From a virus, in the IMG/VR virus record IMGVR_UViG_3300035070_003528, positions 37,466 through 101,465 of that record: a stretch of 64,000 bases of DNA. One strand, 5' to 3'. A program made the translations under genes and the position numbers. This document shows positions 40,524 through 52,643 of this stretch, one piece after another (position 1 is the first letter of the stretch; every line of letters begins with the position of its first letter). Below the pieces are notes generated by a model that was given only the letters and a program-made list of their open reading frames with translations, searched no databases and had not been told where the DNA came from.

Positions 40524-41088
40524 TATATCCTCCTAATCATTCTCTGGTATTACGTTCTTTGGGCATTGTACGACAGTCCATACACTGTTTATTAATTACC
40601 ACCCATTCACCTTTTCGTCCAATAAAATGGCTGATGACCTTAGTTTCATTACACTTGGAACAAACGGCCGTGATACAATACTTCTCCAACAGATTGTGAA
40701 CGGCATCGGCGTTACGTTTGCGACTACACTTGTTGCAGACCGGATATTTCCCATCTACGAAACCATCATGATCTGCATATTCGATACTGTAATAAGATTT
40801 CTTGCACTTTTCACAGACCTTGCTACCATCTGGCTTAACGAGTAATTTATTACTATACCATTCACCGGCTTTGTTGTACTCTACTAAATTAAATGTCATT
40901 GCTCTCTCCAGTTCCTCAGCCACTCACGGCCGAGATAACTCATTCTATCATAATCATGACCTGGATAAAATACAACCCCAGTCGCGCGTTCAAGTTTTTT
41001 GATTCTATGTTTGACAGATACACCTAAAACAAATTCGGCATGTTTGATATGAGTCTCATCGACTAATTTGATTGTTTCGACAAGTTGG

Positions 41089-41499
41089 TTAATTGTTAGC
41101 ACAATACTCCAGTACAGCCATTAATTTATCAGCCGTTTTTGTATACTCTTTATTAATTCTACGCGCTTCTGATAAATCATTGGGACTGAACAACCGTGTT
41201 TCCATGTATTTTACAATATTGTCGTGAACATCTTGACCAAACACCGCCGCTGCTGGCTTGTTGCATTTACGGCCGTTACATTCGTTATGCGCGACGATAC
41301 AGTTATTAATATCTTTTGGATCTGCACCGGCCGATCTGCATTCGTAATGGTCAATGGTGGGAGATTCGTTAATTGGCTTTCCGCACAGATGACAAACCAA
41401 TTGTCCATAGTGATTGACATTAGCCATAATCACCAATAACCGGCGAGTACCTCTAATCCGATGTGTCTCTGGCATCCGCGCTGGCATATTATTCACCAT
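41089..41499 (-). CDS. HNH endonuclease
   Basis: CHLCG...TIDH...NCIVAHNECNGRK. Confidence 0.8.
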   Translation of the reverse strand: MVNNMPARMPETHRIRGTRRLLVIMANVNHYGQLVCHLCGKPINESPTIDHYECRSAGADPKDINNCIVAHNECNGRKCNKPAAAVFGQDVHDNIVKYMETRLFSPNDLSEARRINKEYTKTADKLMAVLEYCANN

Positions 41500-42415
41500 T
41501 AATCACTGTATAAATTTCTTTACCAGACATACCTAGAGTAACGTACTTGATTCTATCTACAATTTGCTCTGCCGTAGTACCGTATCTATTAAGACAAATT
41601 GCAAACTCCTGCTCATCGGTAATTCCGTACTTATCGCAAATCTGCCTATGAGTTAATTTAGTTTCGTCAATAATCTGCTCAATCAATTCAATTGTAATCA
41701 TATCATTCACCTAATTCATCCACACTAAACACAGCTTGAATCGCATTAGCAATATCTTGAATTGTTTTACTATCATCACCCCCACGGCGAGGATAAGCAA
41801 CCATCATTAGGACATATTTCATTACCCGCAAATTATTGTACTTTTCTTCTGGAGTATCACCTGGGATACTATTTTGAATTAATGACCAATAACTTTCCAT
41901 TATGCCACCTCTCGCTTTAATTCAAAGTTTGTCATTTCATCGCCTCATTTGTTTACAATCTAGTCAAATAAATCAGATTCATCAAAATCGCGCCAATCGT
42001 CGTCAACCATATCAGATAGTTGCGCAATGTGGGCAAGCCCAACATCTCGCAAAGATTCTGGCAGCACAATAGCAGTCATTACATCGACCCAATGCTCGTG
42101 TCCAGCTTCGGCATCATCGCGGCTATGGTAATTCTGAACAATAACGAATTTGCCATCGTTATAATTTGGATGAGACACGGCCGTTTCGTATGGAGCATCT
42201 GAATCAGTTACCATTGCCGTGCTTACAATCAAGTCATCTGTTTCATAACGACCAATTTTGCGCTCTTCATAATTATCCATCATGTCAAAAAAGTCAAACA
42301 TTTCTACCTCACTTGTTTATTTGCTAAGATAGACATAGGATACAATACTTATATAACACTGTCTATAATACCAAAGTGCTATATTCATATCTATTTTATT
42401 GTGGATATAACTGAG

Positions 42416-43024
42416 CTATATCTCTTGCCATCTAAGATAATCATAGACAGTGCATGGTATTTCGTTTCCGCCCATGAAGTCAATATGAAATTCGTCGTGG
42501 CACTGAACACAAAGAGTGATACCGTTCTCTAGAATTTTTCTATACCTTGGATATTTAGCGTATGAATATAGATGATGCGCAACAAGACGCTCTCCCTTCC
42601 TGTCACATGCGCGACATGTGTACCAATCTCTCTTGAACACCCTCCTTCTCCACCTGTCATACTCCTGGCTCTTCCTATGGTTATTCCCGTAATTCCAATA
42701 AGCAGTACGATGATATTTCTGCGACAATTTATGGTCACTCCCCAATGCCTTAGTTAAAAACTCGCAGATTTCGATTTCGGCATTCCACATCTTACTGTAC
42801 TCATCGTTAATACTATCTTCGAGAGATAGTAGAAGATCCTCCAGCCTGTGTTGCATATCATCTGCTTCTTGGATTAACTGATTTGCCCTATCTGCGCCAA
42901 ATACACAGTCGTCATAAAACCCACACTCCTCTCTAGCCTCGTCCAGCAGCACAGGAATACCTATTATTAGCCCATTTATTCTTGATATTTCGCGTTGATA
43001 TTTAATTAACATTTTCTCGTGCAT
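42416..43024 (-). CDS. HNH endonuclease
   Basis: WRRRVFKRDWYTCRAC...AHHLYS...NGITLCVQCHDEFH. Confidence 0.85.
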   Translation of the reverse strand: MHEKMLIKYQREISRINGLIIGIPVLLDEAREECGFYDDCVFGADRANQLIQEADDMQHRLEDLLLSLEDSINDEYSKMWNAEIEICEFLTKALGSDHKLSQKYHRTAYWNYGNNHRKSQEYDRWRRRVFKRDWYTCRACDRKGERLVAHHLYSYAKYPRYRKILENGITLCVQCHDEFHIDFMGGNEIPCTVYDYLRWQEI

Positions 43025-43033
43025 GATATTTTC

Positions 43034-43984
43034 CTAATATGACAGAATTGCGTCTAGTTTCTGCTGATTAACTTCTGGGTAGAAAATATATGCAATACCA
43101 AGATTTTCCAATTCATCTCTGTCTAAACTATCTAGCTTCATTTGCATATAGTCGGTTGGATCTACGATGTCCATTGCAATTGAAAACAATCTAGCATCAT
43201 CATTATCAAACATACCGGCCGTGTCCGTTATGTGATTATCCACACTATTTGTAGTCCATCCTGCTATTTGATTGGTAGTGAAAGTTTCTTTAGCCAAACT
43301 GCTTTTCTCGATGTCGAGCCGATAGCCAAACTCAAGTGCCAGTTCCACGTACTTGTTCTTTTTGTATCTAATGTATTCTTGTATGTTGTCTAATGTTACA
43401 CGTCCTTTACTCCATGTACTAGCAAAGTATTTTAATTTGTTCATTAACTGTACGTTGAATGATCCGTCTTGCGGGGGATGAAGAAATGGGTAAAAGAAAA
43501 TAACCGTTGATGATTCCGAGTTATCCTGTACCTTCTTTTTCTTTAACGGCCAATTCCGACTACTGCTGCGTTGTCCACAGGCAAACAGCATGTGTTCTTC
43601 TGTCAACTCATTTATGGCACTAATGTCAGAAACTTCAATAAAATCAATATCTGCAATCGAAGGGTCGCCACTAGAGTAAACAATAGACACATCGTTGCTA
43701 ATTGGGACTTTTATGTAATTTATTCCATTCCTTCTGAAATTTTTGTGCATTCTCCCCCAGTCTGTTTTGACATTAATTTCAGCGCGGAAAAATAATCCAT
43801 CATGACTATTGATCACACTTCTAACAGAACTGCCTCTCTTGTTTAGTTCTATACCATAGCACGTCCGACACTCCATATAGCCGCACAGTAATCTTTTTAG
43901 CTGTTCTACGCCATTGGTATCCGTGACAGCAGTAACTCCACGTCCACAGTTATCTATTCTTTTTTGTCTATCTATTTGGTTCAT
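43034..43984 (-). CDS. Zn-finger protein, paralog of 25733-26758
   Basis: Colinear similarity along the whole length. Confidence 0.8.
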   Translation of the reverse strand: MNQIDRQKRIDNCGRGVTAVTDTNGVEQLKRLLCGYMECRTCYGIELNKRGSSVRSVINSHDGLFFRAEINVKTDWGRMHKNFRRNGINYIKVPISNDVSIVYSSGDPSIADIDFIEVSDISAINELTEEHMLFACGQRSSSRNWPLKKKKVQDNSESSTVIFFYPFLHPPQDGSFNVQLMNKLKYFASTWSKGRVTLDNIQEYIRYKKNKYVELALEFGYRLDIEKSSLAKETFTTNQIAGWTTNSVDNHITDTAGMFDNDDARLFSIAMDIVDPTDYMQMKLDSLDRDELENLGIAYIFYPEVNQQKLDAILSY

Positions 43985-44040
43985 TTTAATATCCTTTTCA
44001 CACAGAGTCCAGGCTGTGTAAGTTCGCTTTTCGTGTATAC

Positions 44041-44070
44041 ATTATAAAACAATTAACTATGCGAAGTCAA
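44041..44070 (-). promoter_or_regulatory. promoter overlapping TTCGCATAG
   Basis: TTGACT-N18-TATAAT. Confidence 0.6.
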
Positions 44071-44411
44071 TACAGATCGGGGATTCCGCAAAATAGTTGG
44101 CAATTTATTAGTATAACCGAATAATAATTGAATAAATGAAAAACCAGCCGAATGAATCTTGGACTGGCTGGTCTTTCTGAGGATATTATGCTAGTAGGAC
44201 GAGGTAATACTGTATGCCCTACTGATGTCTATGGTATCATCTTATGCTGTCAAGGTCAAACCTCTGTCCGAAACAGTCTGTAATTAAGAGACAATACAGA
44301 CTGTTTCTGACAGGTCACATTGTACTAATCGTGCGACTAATCCAAAAAAACAACACTGCTGACGACTTCGCCAATTGCATAAATATCATATAGACAGTTC
44401 TGTATCAACGA

Positions 44412-44822
44412 TTAATTAGTAAACCGAAACGCATAACCAACCAATCCACTAAGCAGCGCCTGTATGCCGGTTGCGCCAGTAATGTAATCAACCACACATC
44501 CGCCACGGGATTCAATTTCATCTACCCATTGTCCTAGTTGAATAAGTGCAGTTTCGTAATCGTCGTCATGAACCAGTACGGCAAGACAGTTGTGTTTGTG
44601 GTACGCGTCTTTCACGGGGGCTGAATAATATTCGTCATCTGGGAAAATGGGTTTATAGACCACGGAGCCAGTTGGGTTAAAATTAACATACCCGTTACCC
44701 TTGATATACCCCACGCACGGACGACAAAAACCAACCTCGCCAGCTTCCTCAAGTATCAATTTGTGCTTCAATGCAAATCGTTCTAGTTTGTCTTTAAGTT
44801 CATCGTTCATATTTCGCCTCAC
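44412..44822 (-). CDS. hypothetical protein
   Basis: GEVGFCRPCVG...AYHKHNCLAVL; RBS present. Confidence 0.7.
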   Translation of the reverse strand: MRRNMNDELKDKLERFALKHKLILEEAGEVGFCRPCVGYIKGNGYVNFNPTGSVVYKPIFPDDEYYSAPVKDAYHKHNCLAVLVHDDDYETALIQLGQWVDEIESRGGCVVDYITGATGIQALLSGLVGYAFRFTN

Positions 44823-45099
44823 TTATTTATTTGTTAAAACTTAATATCTTTTAGGTTCTGCAAAATAAAATATCTGTTACTCATCTTAAAATCCGATTAC
44901 AAAATATGGCTTTGACAAATCCAATTCTTTGACATCAAAACTCACATCATCTTTATCCGCTGAACCTAACGAACGATCGCGAACAACATTATCAATAGCA
45001 CCATTCTCGGATTCTGCTTGAACAATGTAGTGGGAATTGATAAAATAATTAGGGAAATGAATAATAACTTCGTAAATTTTCATAATACACCCCGTTCCA

Positions 45100-45432
45100 T
45101 CATTTCGTCATCCTATTAATAATTCGACTCACATTAACAATCTTACTATCCACATCTGGTTGCCAGTCATTCATCCGGTCTGAATCCCAATCTAATTCCA
45201 GTCGGTAATTGGTTTGATAACCCCGTTTATTCATCTCAGATACCAATTGGCGGTGACGGTTGATTAGATAAATGCCCTTGTCGTTGAAGAACTTTACGTG
45301 ACCTGTACCAAGTTTATAGTGACTGCAATTGTTACCAGCGGCTAGGTTTCTCGTTCTCAGCATCTCACGGTACTCGGCTAAAAGCAGTTTACTTGGTAAT
45401 TTCTCTACTGGAATACAATTAATTCGCGTCAT
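45100..45432 (-). CDS. denV: pyrimidine-dimer DNA glycosylase (T4 endonuclease V-like)
   Basis: MTRIN..P...L....LLAEYRE, YKLGTGHVKFF.DK..YL..R and EM..RGY. Confidence 0.9.
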   Translation of the reverse strand: MTRINCIPVEKLPSKLLLAEYREMLRTRNLAAGNNCSHYKLGTGHVKFFNDKGIYLINRHRQLVSEMNKRGYQTNYRLELDWDSDRMNDWQPDVDSKIVNVSRIINRMTK

Positions 45433-45809
45433 GATAATTTAGTAAAACTAACCGATTCAGAATAATATCCATTTGAAGTTCCGTACCAGCGAATGGTTAC
45501 ATATCCCTTAATTGTAGCCAGTTTGTAAAACGTCCATGTTTCGCTGTCCTCTCTGTCTTCATCGGTATCGGAATTCTCTGGTCTGTCTGCATCAGAAATT
45601 TCCTCCGCCATTAGAATTGGAGAGCCAACCAAATCATCTAAACTTCCGATAATATCTTCTACACAAACGTATTCACAACAATCTTGCTCGTGCCATAATT
45701 TGTATACCTCACCATCGGCCGTGGTGAATACGATTTCTTCGTCGTCTTTGTTTTCGACACCCACAAGGGTTTTGCCAAGTAATTCATTAAAATCGTTGTA
45801 TTTGTACAT
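45429..45809 (-). CDS. QDCCE-motif phage protein
   Basis: HEQDCCE.V..EDI.G.LDDLVGSPILMAEE and TWTFYKLATIKGYVTIRWYGTSNGYYSE. Confidence 0.8.
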   Translation of the reverse strand: MYKYNDFNELLGKTLVGVENKDDEEIVFTTADGEVYKLWHEQDCCEYVCVEDIIGSLDDLVGSPILMAEEISDADRPENSDTDEDREDSETWTFYKLATIKGYVTIRWYGTSNGYYSESVSFTKLS

Positions 45810-45810
45810 T

Positions 45811-48800
45811 TTATTTCTCCTGCTCTAGATTTGCTACCATATTAACCCAATGGATTACTTCTTCTTTCGTTTGGTATCCAATAACAGTATCGCCATCAAA
45901 TTCAATCATATTCCCAGAAGGATTAAACACGGCGATTTCATAAGGACACTCGGCAGAACTGTAGACGAATGCACCGCTAATAATAGAAATTTCGTATCCA
46001 TTTTCAAAGCAAACTCTCGCACGATTAGTCCAGGTATCGGACATGTTTTTGATGTCGGTCACTTTGTCCATTACATTAGTTAGTATAATTTCCATCTTAA
46101 TCTCCTATTTCACCTCACAAAATAAATTCGTAATCTAAGCCAAGCTCGTCCCAGTGTTCATCATCAAGCTTGATTAACGCATCTTGACATTTGGTTAGCA
46201 TCCAGAGCGCATCAAATAGTTGCGATTCCATTTCTTCCTCACTGTGATACTCGTTAAGGAACTTTTTGAGTACACTAACCTTATCGCGTAAGTTGATTTG
46301 TTTTGGTTCTTTAATAATCATCACTGTCTCCATTCGTTTAATTAACTAATATGATGGTATTATATTATATAACCCAATTACTTGGAATAGTCCAAAAGTG
46401 CTATTTAAAACAAAGAGCTCACCTCCTATTTTAAAATGTGAGGTGAGCTAATGAGGTGAGTCGGCGGGGAGCCAACGGGGTTATTGTATATTAATCAACG
46501 CGTTCGGTCAAGTGCGCCCTAACCAATTCCCCCACTCGTGTATGTTCTGGGAATCGTGATAGGAACACATTGATGTCAGACTGGATTTGCGAACGAAATG
46601 TTGTCAGCAACTCGATGGCACGTGATTCGTGTGCAGGACGGCCGTAGTTTTCGACAAATGATAGGTAGAGCAGTATGTGATCGCTCATCGCGTTCCCTCC
46701 AGAAATAGTCGCTGTTCAATTTCGTCGAACACAATTGGTGGATTAATCAGCATCTCTAATTCAGCGATACGAGCCAATGCAATTTTATACTGCTTATAAA
46801 CATACAGATCGCTCACTTGCTTGGTTCCGCTATACCAATGGGCGCACATTCTGTTTTCGTATGAATGCGTTAATTCGATGTCTTTGTCAAGTTCGTCTGC
46901 GATTACCATTTTACTAATTCCCCCTCTTCTATACCGTATTCATCAATATCATCATCGTACCAAGTAACCCATTCTCCGCTCTCCCAAATATCAAGACCAT
47001 TAGCATTCGCGTAATCCGGTTTAATATTTTCTTCGAGTTGGAAAGCATCATACACACTTAGGATCTGCATTACAGAAAATCCGTCTTCAATGCTGTCTAC
47101 CGAAATTCTAATTGGGGTTCCAGGAATCTGAGGAATATGCCATACACTAAGATCCCCCTCTTTAATAACTTTGTTTACTAATACATTTGAATTTTTGTTT
47201 GTCATTTTATCACCTCGTTTGATATTTGATATGCGATTATTATATAACAAATGAGGCGTGTGGCAATGGTACTAAAGTGCTATATTATAGGCCTTCTGGA
47301 CGAGGTAGCGATTCCAGGTGGATTAATGCATGTGCGTACATTTCTGTTTCCCAAGTGTACAAATCTATTATCTCTTGGTCTGCCCCACTTTCTATGTACT
47401 CGGCACATTCTGTGACACTGTCGTCTACACCGGTATTTAAATAACTGTATACAAAATCACGAGCAGATCTAATAAGCCCATACGATGTATTGTCTAATTG
47501 CTTCCCGATCCACATTTCGCTTTTATCGTCATAAAGATTGGCAAACACAAATTCGCATAGTCCAATAAATTCATTTACTAATTCATTATCCATTTTTTTA
47601 CGTCGCGCCTTTTTTACATTTCTCTTGCTGCTACACTTGATACAATAATATTCAGGTATACCTGTGCGCCTAATTCTAGTTGTTGCCCAGCTTCGACGAA
47701 CGTATTTTTCAATGCCGCACATATCACAAACAGCCTTAATTTTCTTATGGCTTCTGTTCTTTGTATTTTCTGTCATTTCTGTGCGAAAGTCAAATGGCAT
47801 AATAAATGCGTTCCTACCTCTGGTGAGTGACGTAATTAGTACAATTTTATCATATAAATGTCCAATAATGGTGTTTTATTTTACACTATAAATGAGCAAC
47901 GAGTGAGCAATAAATGTCCATATGATTGATCATAATAAATGATCATTATCTCACCCAAATCTGTCCTACCGGCACATTAATATCAGCTACATCAACTTCA
48001 TCAGTATCAGTCTTTTGTGCTATTGCTATTTGCTGGCACACTCGGTTATATTTCTGCACGAAATACTCTATAGCACGGCGATGGTCGTAAACAATACGGC
48101 CGTTTTCGTCAGTGGCGCATTGCCACATCATCCAAAAACCTTTGTCGAATGGAGAGTCGTCAGTAACCTCTATATAGGCATCCTGTGGTTCTTCGATATT
48201 TTCATTCAATGTGTTCATAATAATTCCTGGTTATAGAAATAAAAAATGACTTTTCTACTAAATAATTCGAGAAAAATCATTCTACTAATTTGTTGCGGTG
48301 TTGGCAAGAATGATAGATATTTTATTGATATTTTATGGCAAGATTAGCAAGTCGCAACTGAGTTCATCAGCTAGCTGTTTAGCACGAGTATAGTGAATAG
48401 ATTGACGATTACGGCCGATATACACCACTGTTTTCCTGACCCCATTTTCGACAGAATTTCTAATGTTTCCCACGCCATGTACGAAGTTAATTCTCTTGCG
48501 CACTGCCCATGATTTCATCGTGTTTCTGTACGGGAAGCCGTGCTCAACAAACACATTGCTAACGAACTGATCGTAGAACAGCACCTTGTCCATCTCAACC
48601 TGAATCTGTTGCTTCGTACCGATAGTTTCATCGACAAATAGAGCTACGTTACTCAGTGGTTTAATCATCATTGCCTTGTTATTCATACGGCCTCGTAATC
48701 AATTCCATCAGACGGCGGAAGGTGGTACTAGTTTTTATACAGCCATTTTGGAATATCAGTTCTCTCACCAGTTTGAAGTTGACGAATATGCTCCAATCTG

Positions 48801-49224
48801 TCCTTGATTTCGTTGTCAAAAAGACCATAAAAAACGTACTTGTACAACTCCCCATTAATCTTAATGCATTGTTCGTATTCCCCAATTATTCCACCCATAT
48901 CATCTCCTGTAAAAATTTAAGGTTCTGCGCTCACTTGACTGTGCAAGTGTGCAAATTGTACGATTTTGACACTTTTTTTTGAATCGTAATGCAAAAAGTT
49001 GCGTACAATTTTTACAACTTTACAGTCAAATACACTCCGTCTTCTCGCTCGTCCAATACTGCCCCATAGACAACCAGCCGGACTAGATTGCTGAAACTCA
49101 TCTTCAATTTCAGCCCCTCAAGCGAATTCATTAGGCTGGTTCGTTTCTCATCGAAATGGGGTTGCTCTTTTGGTGGAACCGATATGCTACTTTTCACTGC
49201 ACTGCGTTGTTTTACTACGTTCAT
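45811..49224 (-). other. run of small hypothetical ORFs (45811-46095, 46115-46333, 46491-46688, 46685-46909, 47285-47800, 47946-48218, 48333-48686, 49012-49224)
   Basis: Co-oriented ORFs with RBSs; 47285-47800 has CxxC zinc motifs. Confidence 0.65.
46903..47205 (-). CDS. P22 gp17-like (superinfection-exclusion-associated) protein
   Basis: VWHIPQIPG.P....V.S......YDAFQLEENIKPDYANANGL; start moved to MTNK after GAGGTG. Confidence 0.75.
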   Translation of the reverse strand: MTNKNSNVLVNKVIKEGDLSVWHIPQIPGTPIRISVDSIEDGFSVMQILSVYDAFQLEENIKPDYANANGLDIWESGEWVTWYDDDIDEYGIEEGELVKW

Positions 49225-49296
49225 AATATTTTCTCCTGATTTTTAATTTCGATTATTATATGACTTTTCTATATAACTTTCAATGGTGCTTAATGG

Positions 49297-50028
49297 CTAT
49301 TTTAATACAAACAATCGCTCTATCCCTATTTTCCCACCAGTGTTCTTTGTAAGGCTGCTCTTTATTTCCATTTCCCATACACCAACAAAGTCTTTTGGCA
49401 TGTTGTATTCAGACACAAATACCGTATGCCCATCGTTTGACTTATTCCTGCACCACACGTAAAAGTCATCGTGTGGAAAATTCTTGCTGTATTTTGTTGT
49501 GTTTTTGTATGGTGGATCGCAATAAATTATACTATTTGATGGGATATTCAGATTTCTAAAATCGGAGCATATCAGCTCAACGTTGTTGATCTTTGGGGAT
49601 TGGGCGACCACGCTTCTATATGCCTCATTTACGTAATCGCGCTTGCCGGTACTATCCCGCCTCCAGCCTCCGAACCATTTACCACCATACGACAGGGCAA
49701 ATCCATAATATCCCTTCATTCCTTTTCCAATAGAAGATACTGGAGAAAACGTTTTCATTAAATTGTATATCATCTCCTTCCCGTTAGTGTCTTTTTGGGG
49801 AAGAAGATGATAATTGTCCCTAATTAGTTTTAACGCCTCTATTAAATACTCATTTACATCAGACCCAATCCTATTCCCTGTAACCATTTCGGTTAAATTC
49901 GCACCACCAACAAACGGTTCAACAACCCATTGGTTTTCATGTCTGGCATTTAATAGTATTGGTAAGATATATTTTGCTATTCGCTTCTTACTTCCCATGT
50001 ATTTCATAATTACACCTTTGTTAAGCAA
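49297..50028 (-). CDS. dam: DNA adenine methyltransferase (D12/Dam class)
   Basis: KYMGSK, EPFVGG, YCDPPY and FVSEY. Confidence 0.9.
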   Translation of the reverse strand: MLNKGVIMKYMGSKKRIAKYILPILLNARHENQWVVEPFVGGANLTEMVTGNRIGSDVNEYLIEALKLIRDNYHLLPQKDTNGKEMIYNLMKTFSPVSSIGKGMKGYYGFALSYGGKWFGGWRRDSTGKRDYVNEAYRSVVAQSPKINNVELICSDFRNLNIPSNSIIYCDPPYKNTTKYSKNFPHDDFYVWCRNKSNDGHTVFVSEYNMPKDFVGVWEMEIKSSLTKNTGGKIGIERLFVLK

Positions 50029-51596
50029 TCAGTAAAATGCGAACTGAAATACTTTTTAACTATTCTAAAATTGTTGTCGAGTATGCTCACGTGCTTGCGT
50101 AACGGTTGTCCGGCTTCTTCATAATGACTTGGATGACCACGACGGATACGGCCGCAAGCCTGTTCTATTGTTACGCCAGCAATCCAGCCGTACAGCCGCT
50201 TGTTTCTATTCATTATTTCTTTTCCCACGGTATCCATTGGTAAAAATGGCGTTTTTTGCACAATGTTAAACGAAACGTCCCAGGCATCTACTCCGGTGGA
50301 GAACGACCAACTTAAACAAATCGTTCCTGGTTGTTTTTTCTTTTGCAATTCCCACGCTTCTAATTTCTGTTCGGTTGTGTGTCGTACATCTGGCATCCAA
50401 ATACGATCTCCATATCTAAACGATAGCATATCACCAAACCTTTTGGCCGTTTCGATGCTAACAAAGTGAATCAAACCGTTCGCATCCGGAGGAAACTGAT
50501 CGATTATGTTACGCATTAACTCAACCTGTTTCCCGTATGCACTGTCGCCAGACTTATGAGACATGCGCGGTGCGTCACCATAGTAGTACACAGGTTGCGC
50601 CTCTGGGGGGAATACCGGTGGGACAATATGGCTTTCCCAATTACCTGCACCAATACCCAATAGTTGTGCGAATTCCTTGTGATTGCCCATCGTAGCACTA
50701 GCCAGCGTAATGTGTGTGTCGTCGTGTGTATCGAATAACGACCAGAAAAAAGGTGCTGGGGTTAGCGGGAAAATCTGTAATACGCCCTCTGGTGTCATAT
50801 GAATAAAGAAGTCGTCTTGATTTTCGTTATACGCATTGTAAACCAATTTGGTTGATGATTGAATATTCAATGCCGCTTTTAGGCGAAATAGCTTATTCTG
50901 AGACAGCGTTTGTAGTGTCGTTAGATAAACAATTTCTTCATCCAACTTGTTTAGTATCACTTCCATCCAACCAAGCACTAGCATTTTGCGCACGACCTGT
51001 GGTTCTGGCATGTTTGGCAATGGATCTAGTCCAAATTTACTCAACGTTGCCGGTGACATTTCGTATGTCATATGAGACATAATTGCCTGTGGAAGATGGT
51101 GAGCCTCATCTGCGTACAGGTGAGTAACGGCCGCATTGTCTTTTTTGTGCCAACTGGCCTTAAAGAAATACTGATAACTCAGTGCCTGTCGCTGTGCTGC
51201 GCGGGTTTTATCCCTCTGCACAATATATTCGCAACGCCCACGAGCAGCAGATGGGCAACTCAACATATCATGGGCGAACACACAGCTATCTGCGCGAAAC
51301 ACACCTTGCAGAAAGTCGCAATCGTAATTGTTTAATCCATACAGCACTTCGACAGATGAATAATCACGGCCGTATTGCGCCTGTAGACCTCGTGTGAATG
51401 TCAACGCTCGTACAGATTCCCCGCGAGAACCAAGTGCAACCGCAATCCCACTCTTGCCACTGCCACACGGAGCGTCTAACAACGTCACTTTCTTCGCGCT
51501 GTTACGAATAGACTGAACAGCCTCATACTGCCCAGGTCGCCAGTCGTCATATGGTAAACCAAGTTGTTTTGGAGATGGAAATGGAATCATAACCAA
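50010..51596 (-). CDS. DinG/XPD-like SF2 helicase
   Basis: RPGQ, APCGSGKS, Fe-S Cys cluster, DEAH, SAT and QACGRIRR. Confidence 0.88.
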   Translation of the reverse strand: MVMIPFPSPKQLGLPYDDWRPGQYEAVQSIRNSAKKVTLLDAPCGSGKSGIAVALGSRGESVRALTFTRGLQAQYGRDYSSVEVLYGLNNYDCDFLQGVFRADSCVFAHDMLSCPSAARGRCEYIVQRDKTRAAQRQALSYQYFFKASWHKKDNAAVTHLYADEAHHLPQAIMSHMTYEMSPATLSKFGLDPLPNMPEPQVVRKMLVLGWMEVILNKLDEEIVYLTTLQTLSQNKLFRLKAALNIQSSTKLVYNAYNENQDDFFIHMTPEGVLQIFPLTPAPFFWSLFDTHDDTHITLASATMGNHKEFAQLLGIGAGNWESHIVPPVFPPEAQPVYYYGDAPRMSHKSGDSAYGKQVELMRNIIDQFPPDANGLIHFVSIETAKRFGDMLSFRYGDRIWMPDVRHTTEQKLEAWELQKKKQPGTICLSWSFSTGVDAWDVSFNIVQKTPFLPMDTVGKEIMNRNKRLYGWIAGVTIEQACGRIRRGHPSHYEEAGQPLRKHVSILDNNFRIVKKYFSSHFTDCLTKV

Positions 51597-51964
51597 TCCT
51601 CTATTAGCACTCGTTTAATAATTTCAACCAACATTCGTATTTCCATCATGGCTAGTTTATCGTCTACTGCGATACGGCCGTTTGCGATCCCATCATATCT
51701 ATCAGCCAGCTTCCGTAACCATCGTGCTGTTTGGCTCATTCGGTCATCCATTGCTATTACCTCCAATAGAATCAAGATAACCGGCAATTTCCTCACATGC
51801 TGTTGCTAGCTCTCTCCAGTCATTGGCATCCATATACCAGTCAATCTTGCGAGTTCCATTTTGGTCGACCCTCCAAACGAACCCTTTCATTAACGCATTA
51901 TCGTCATCAATGTCAAGCTCAAATTTACCAAGTGCCTCCAACCATTGTTCGGTAACTTTATTCA

Positions 51965-52312
51965 TTAAAACACCTTTTCGTATGGGATTTTAGCAACCTT
52001 AACACGTTGATTAAACACACGGCCGGTGCTGGTTCTTTCTGTGCTAACATCTGGTGCATCGACACCGTCCAGCAATTCTTTCCACAATGACCAGTCGCTT
52101 GTTTCGTAGATGTATCCAGAAGTACGTTCCTTATCTTTCCAACCCCAGAACTCAACAAACAGCGCATGTGGATGATCGCTACCAGCCCAACGAATTTGTT
52201 TAATGTTGGTACTACGGGGCAATGATTCTGTCCCATTTACTTCCAAGTTAAATTTAATTGCACTTGGATATTGATCTTCGATTACTTTTTTTGCTTCTTT
52301 GTTTGAAAACAT
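51965..52312 (-). CDS. KTSC-domain protein
   Basis: STNI..I.W...LFVEF...YIY...W.ELL...S.GR.FN..VK. Confidence 0.65.
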   Translation of the reverse strand: MFSNKEAKKVIEDQYPSAIKFNLEVNGTESLPRSTNIKQIRWAGSDHPHALFVEFWGWKDKERTSGYIYETSDWSLWKELLDGVDAPDVSTERTSTGRVFNQRVKVAKIPYEKVF

Positions 52313-52643
52313 ATTAACCTCCGAATAAAAAATCCTTACTGAATTAATAAGGATTTTATCACAAGTTATATAATTGGTCTATAATACAAATAGGCTATTT
52401 TTTCTTGCGAAAACTACTGTATTTCATCTTGAACTTCTTTTTATCTTTGTCAACGTATTTAATGTCGGCATATGTTGTGGGCAAACCCATCGCTTTACTC
52501 GCGTGTTGCACCTCGAACAAAAACTCTGATTTACCAGCCAATCCACGAGCGATGTTTTCGTACCAATCCTCTCGTGAATAGAACAAGGTGATACGGCGAG
52601 TACCCGTGAATGCGTGATGGAATTCAGCTACGTACAGTTCCAT

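Larger units (their letters stand above)
37912..42301 (-). other. run of small hypothetical ORFs (e.g. 38406-38663, 38853-39113, 39190-39579, 39642-39890, 40537-40923, 41960-42301)
   Basis: Tightly packed, co-oriented ORFs with RBSs. Confidence 0.65.
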
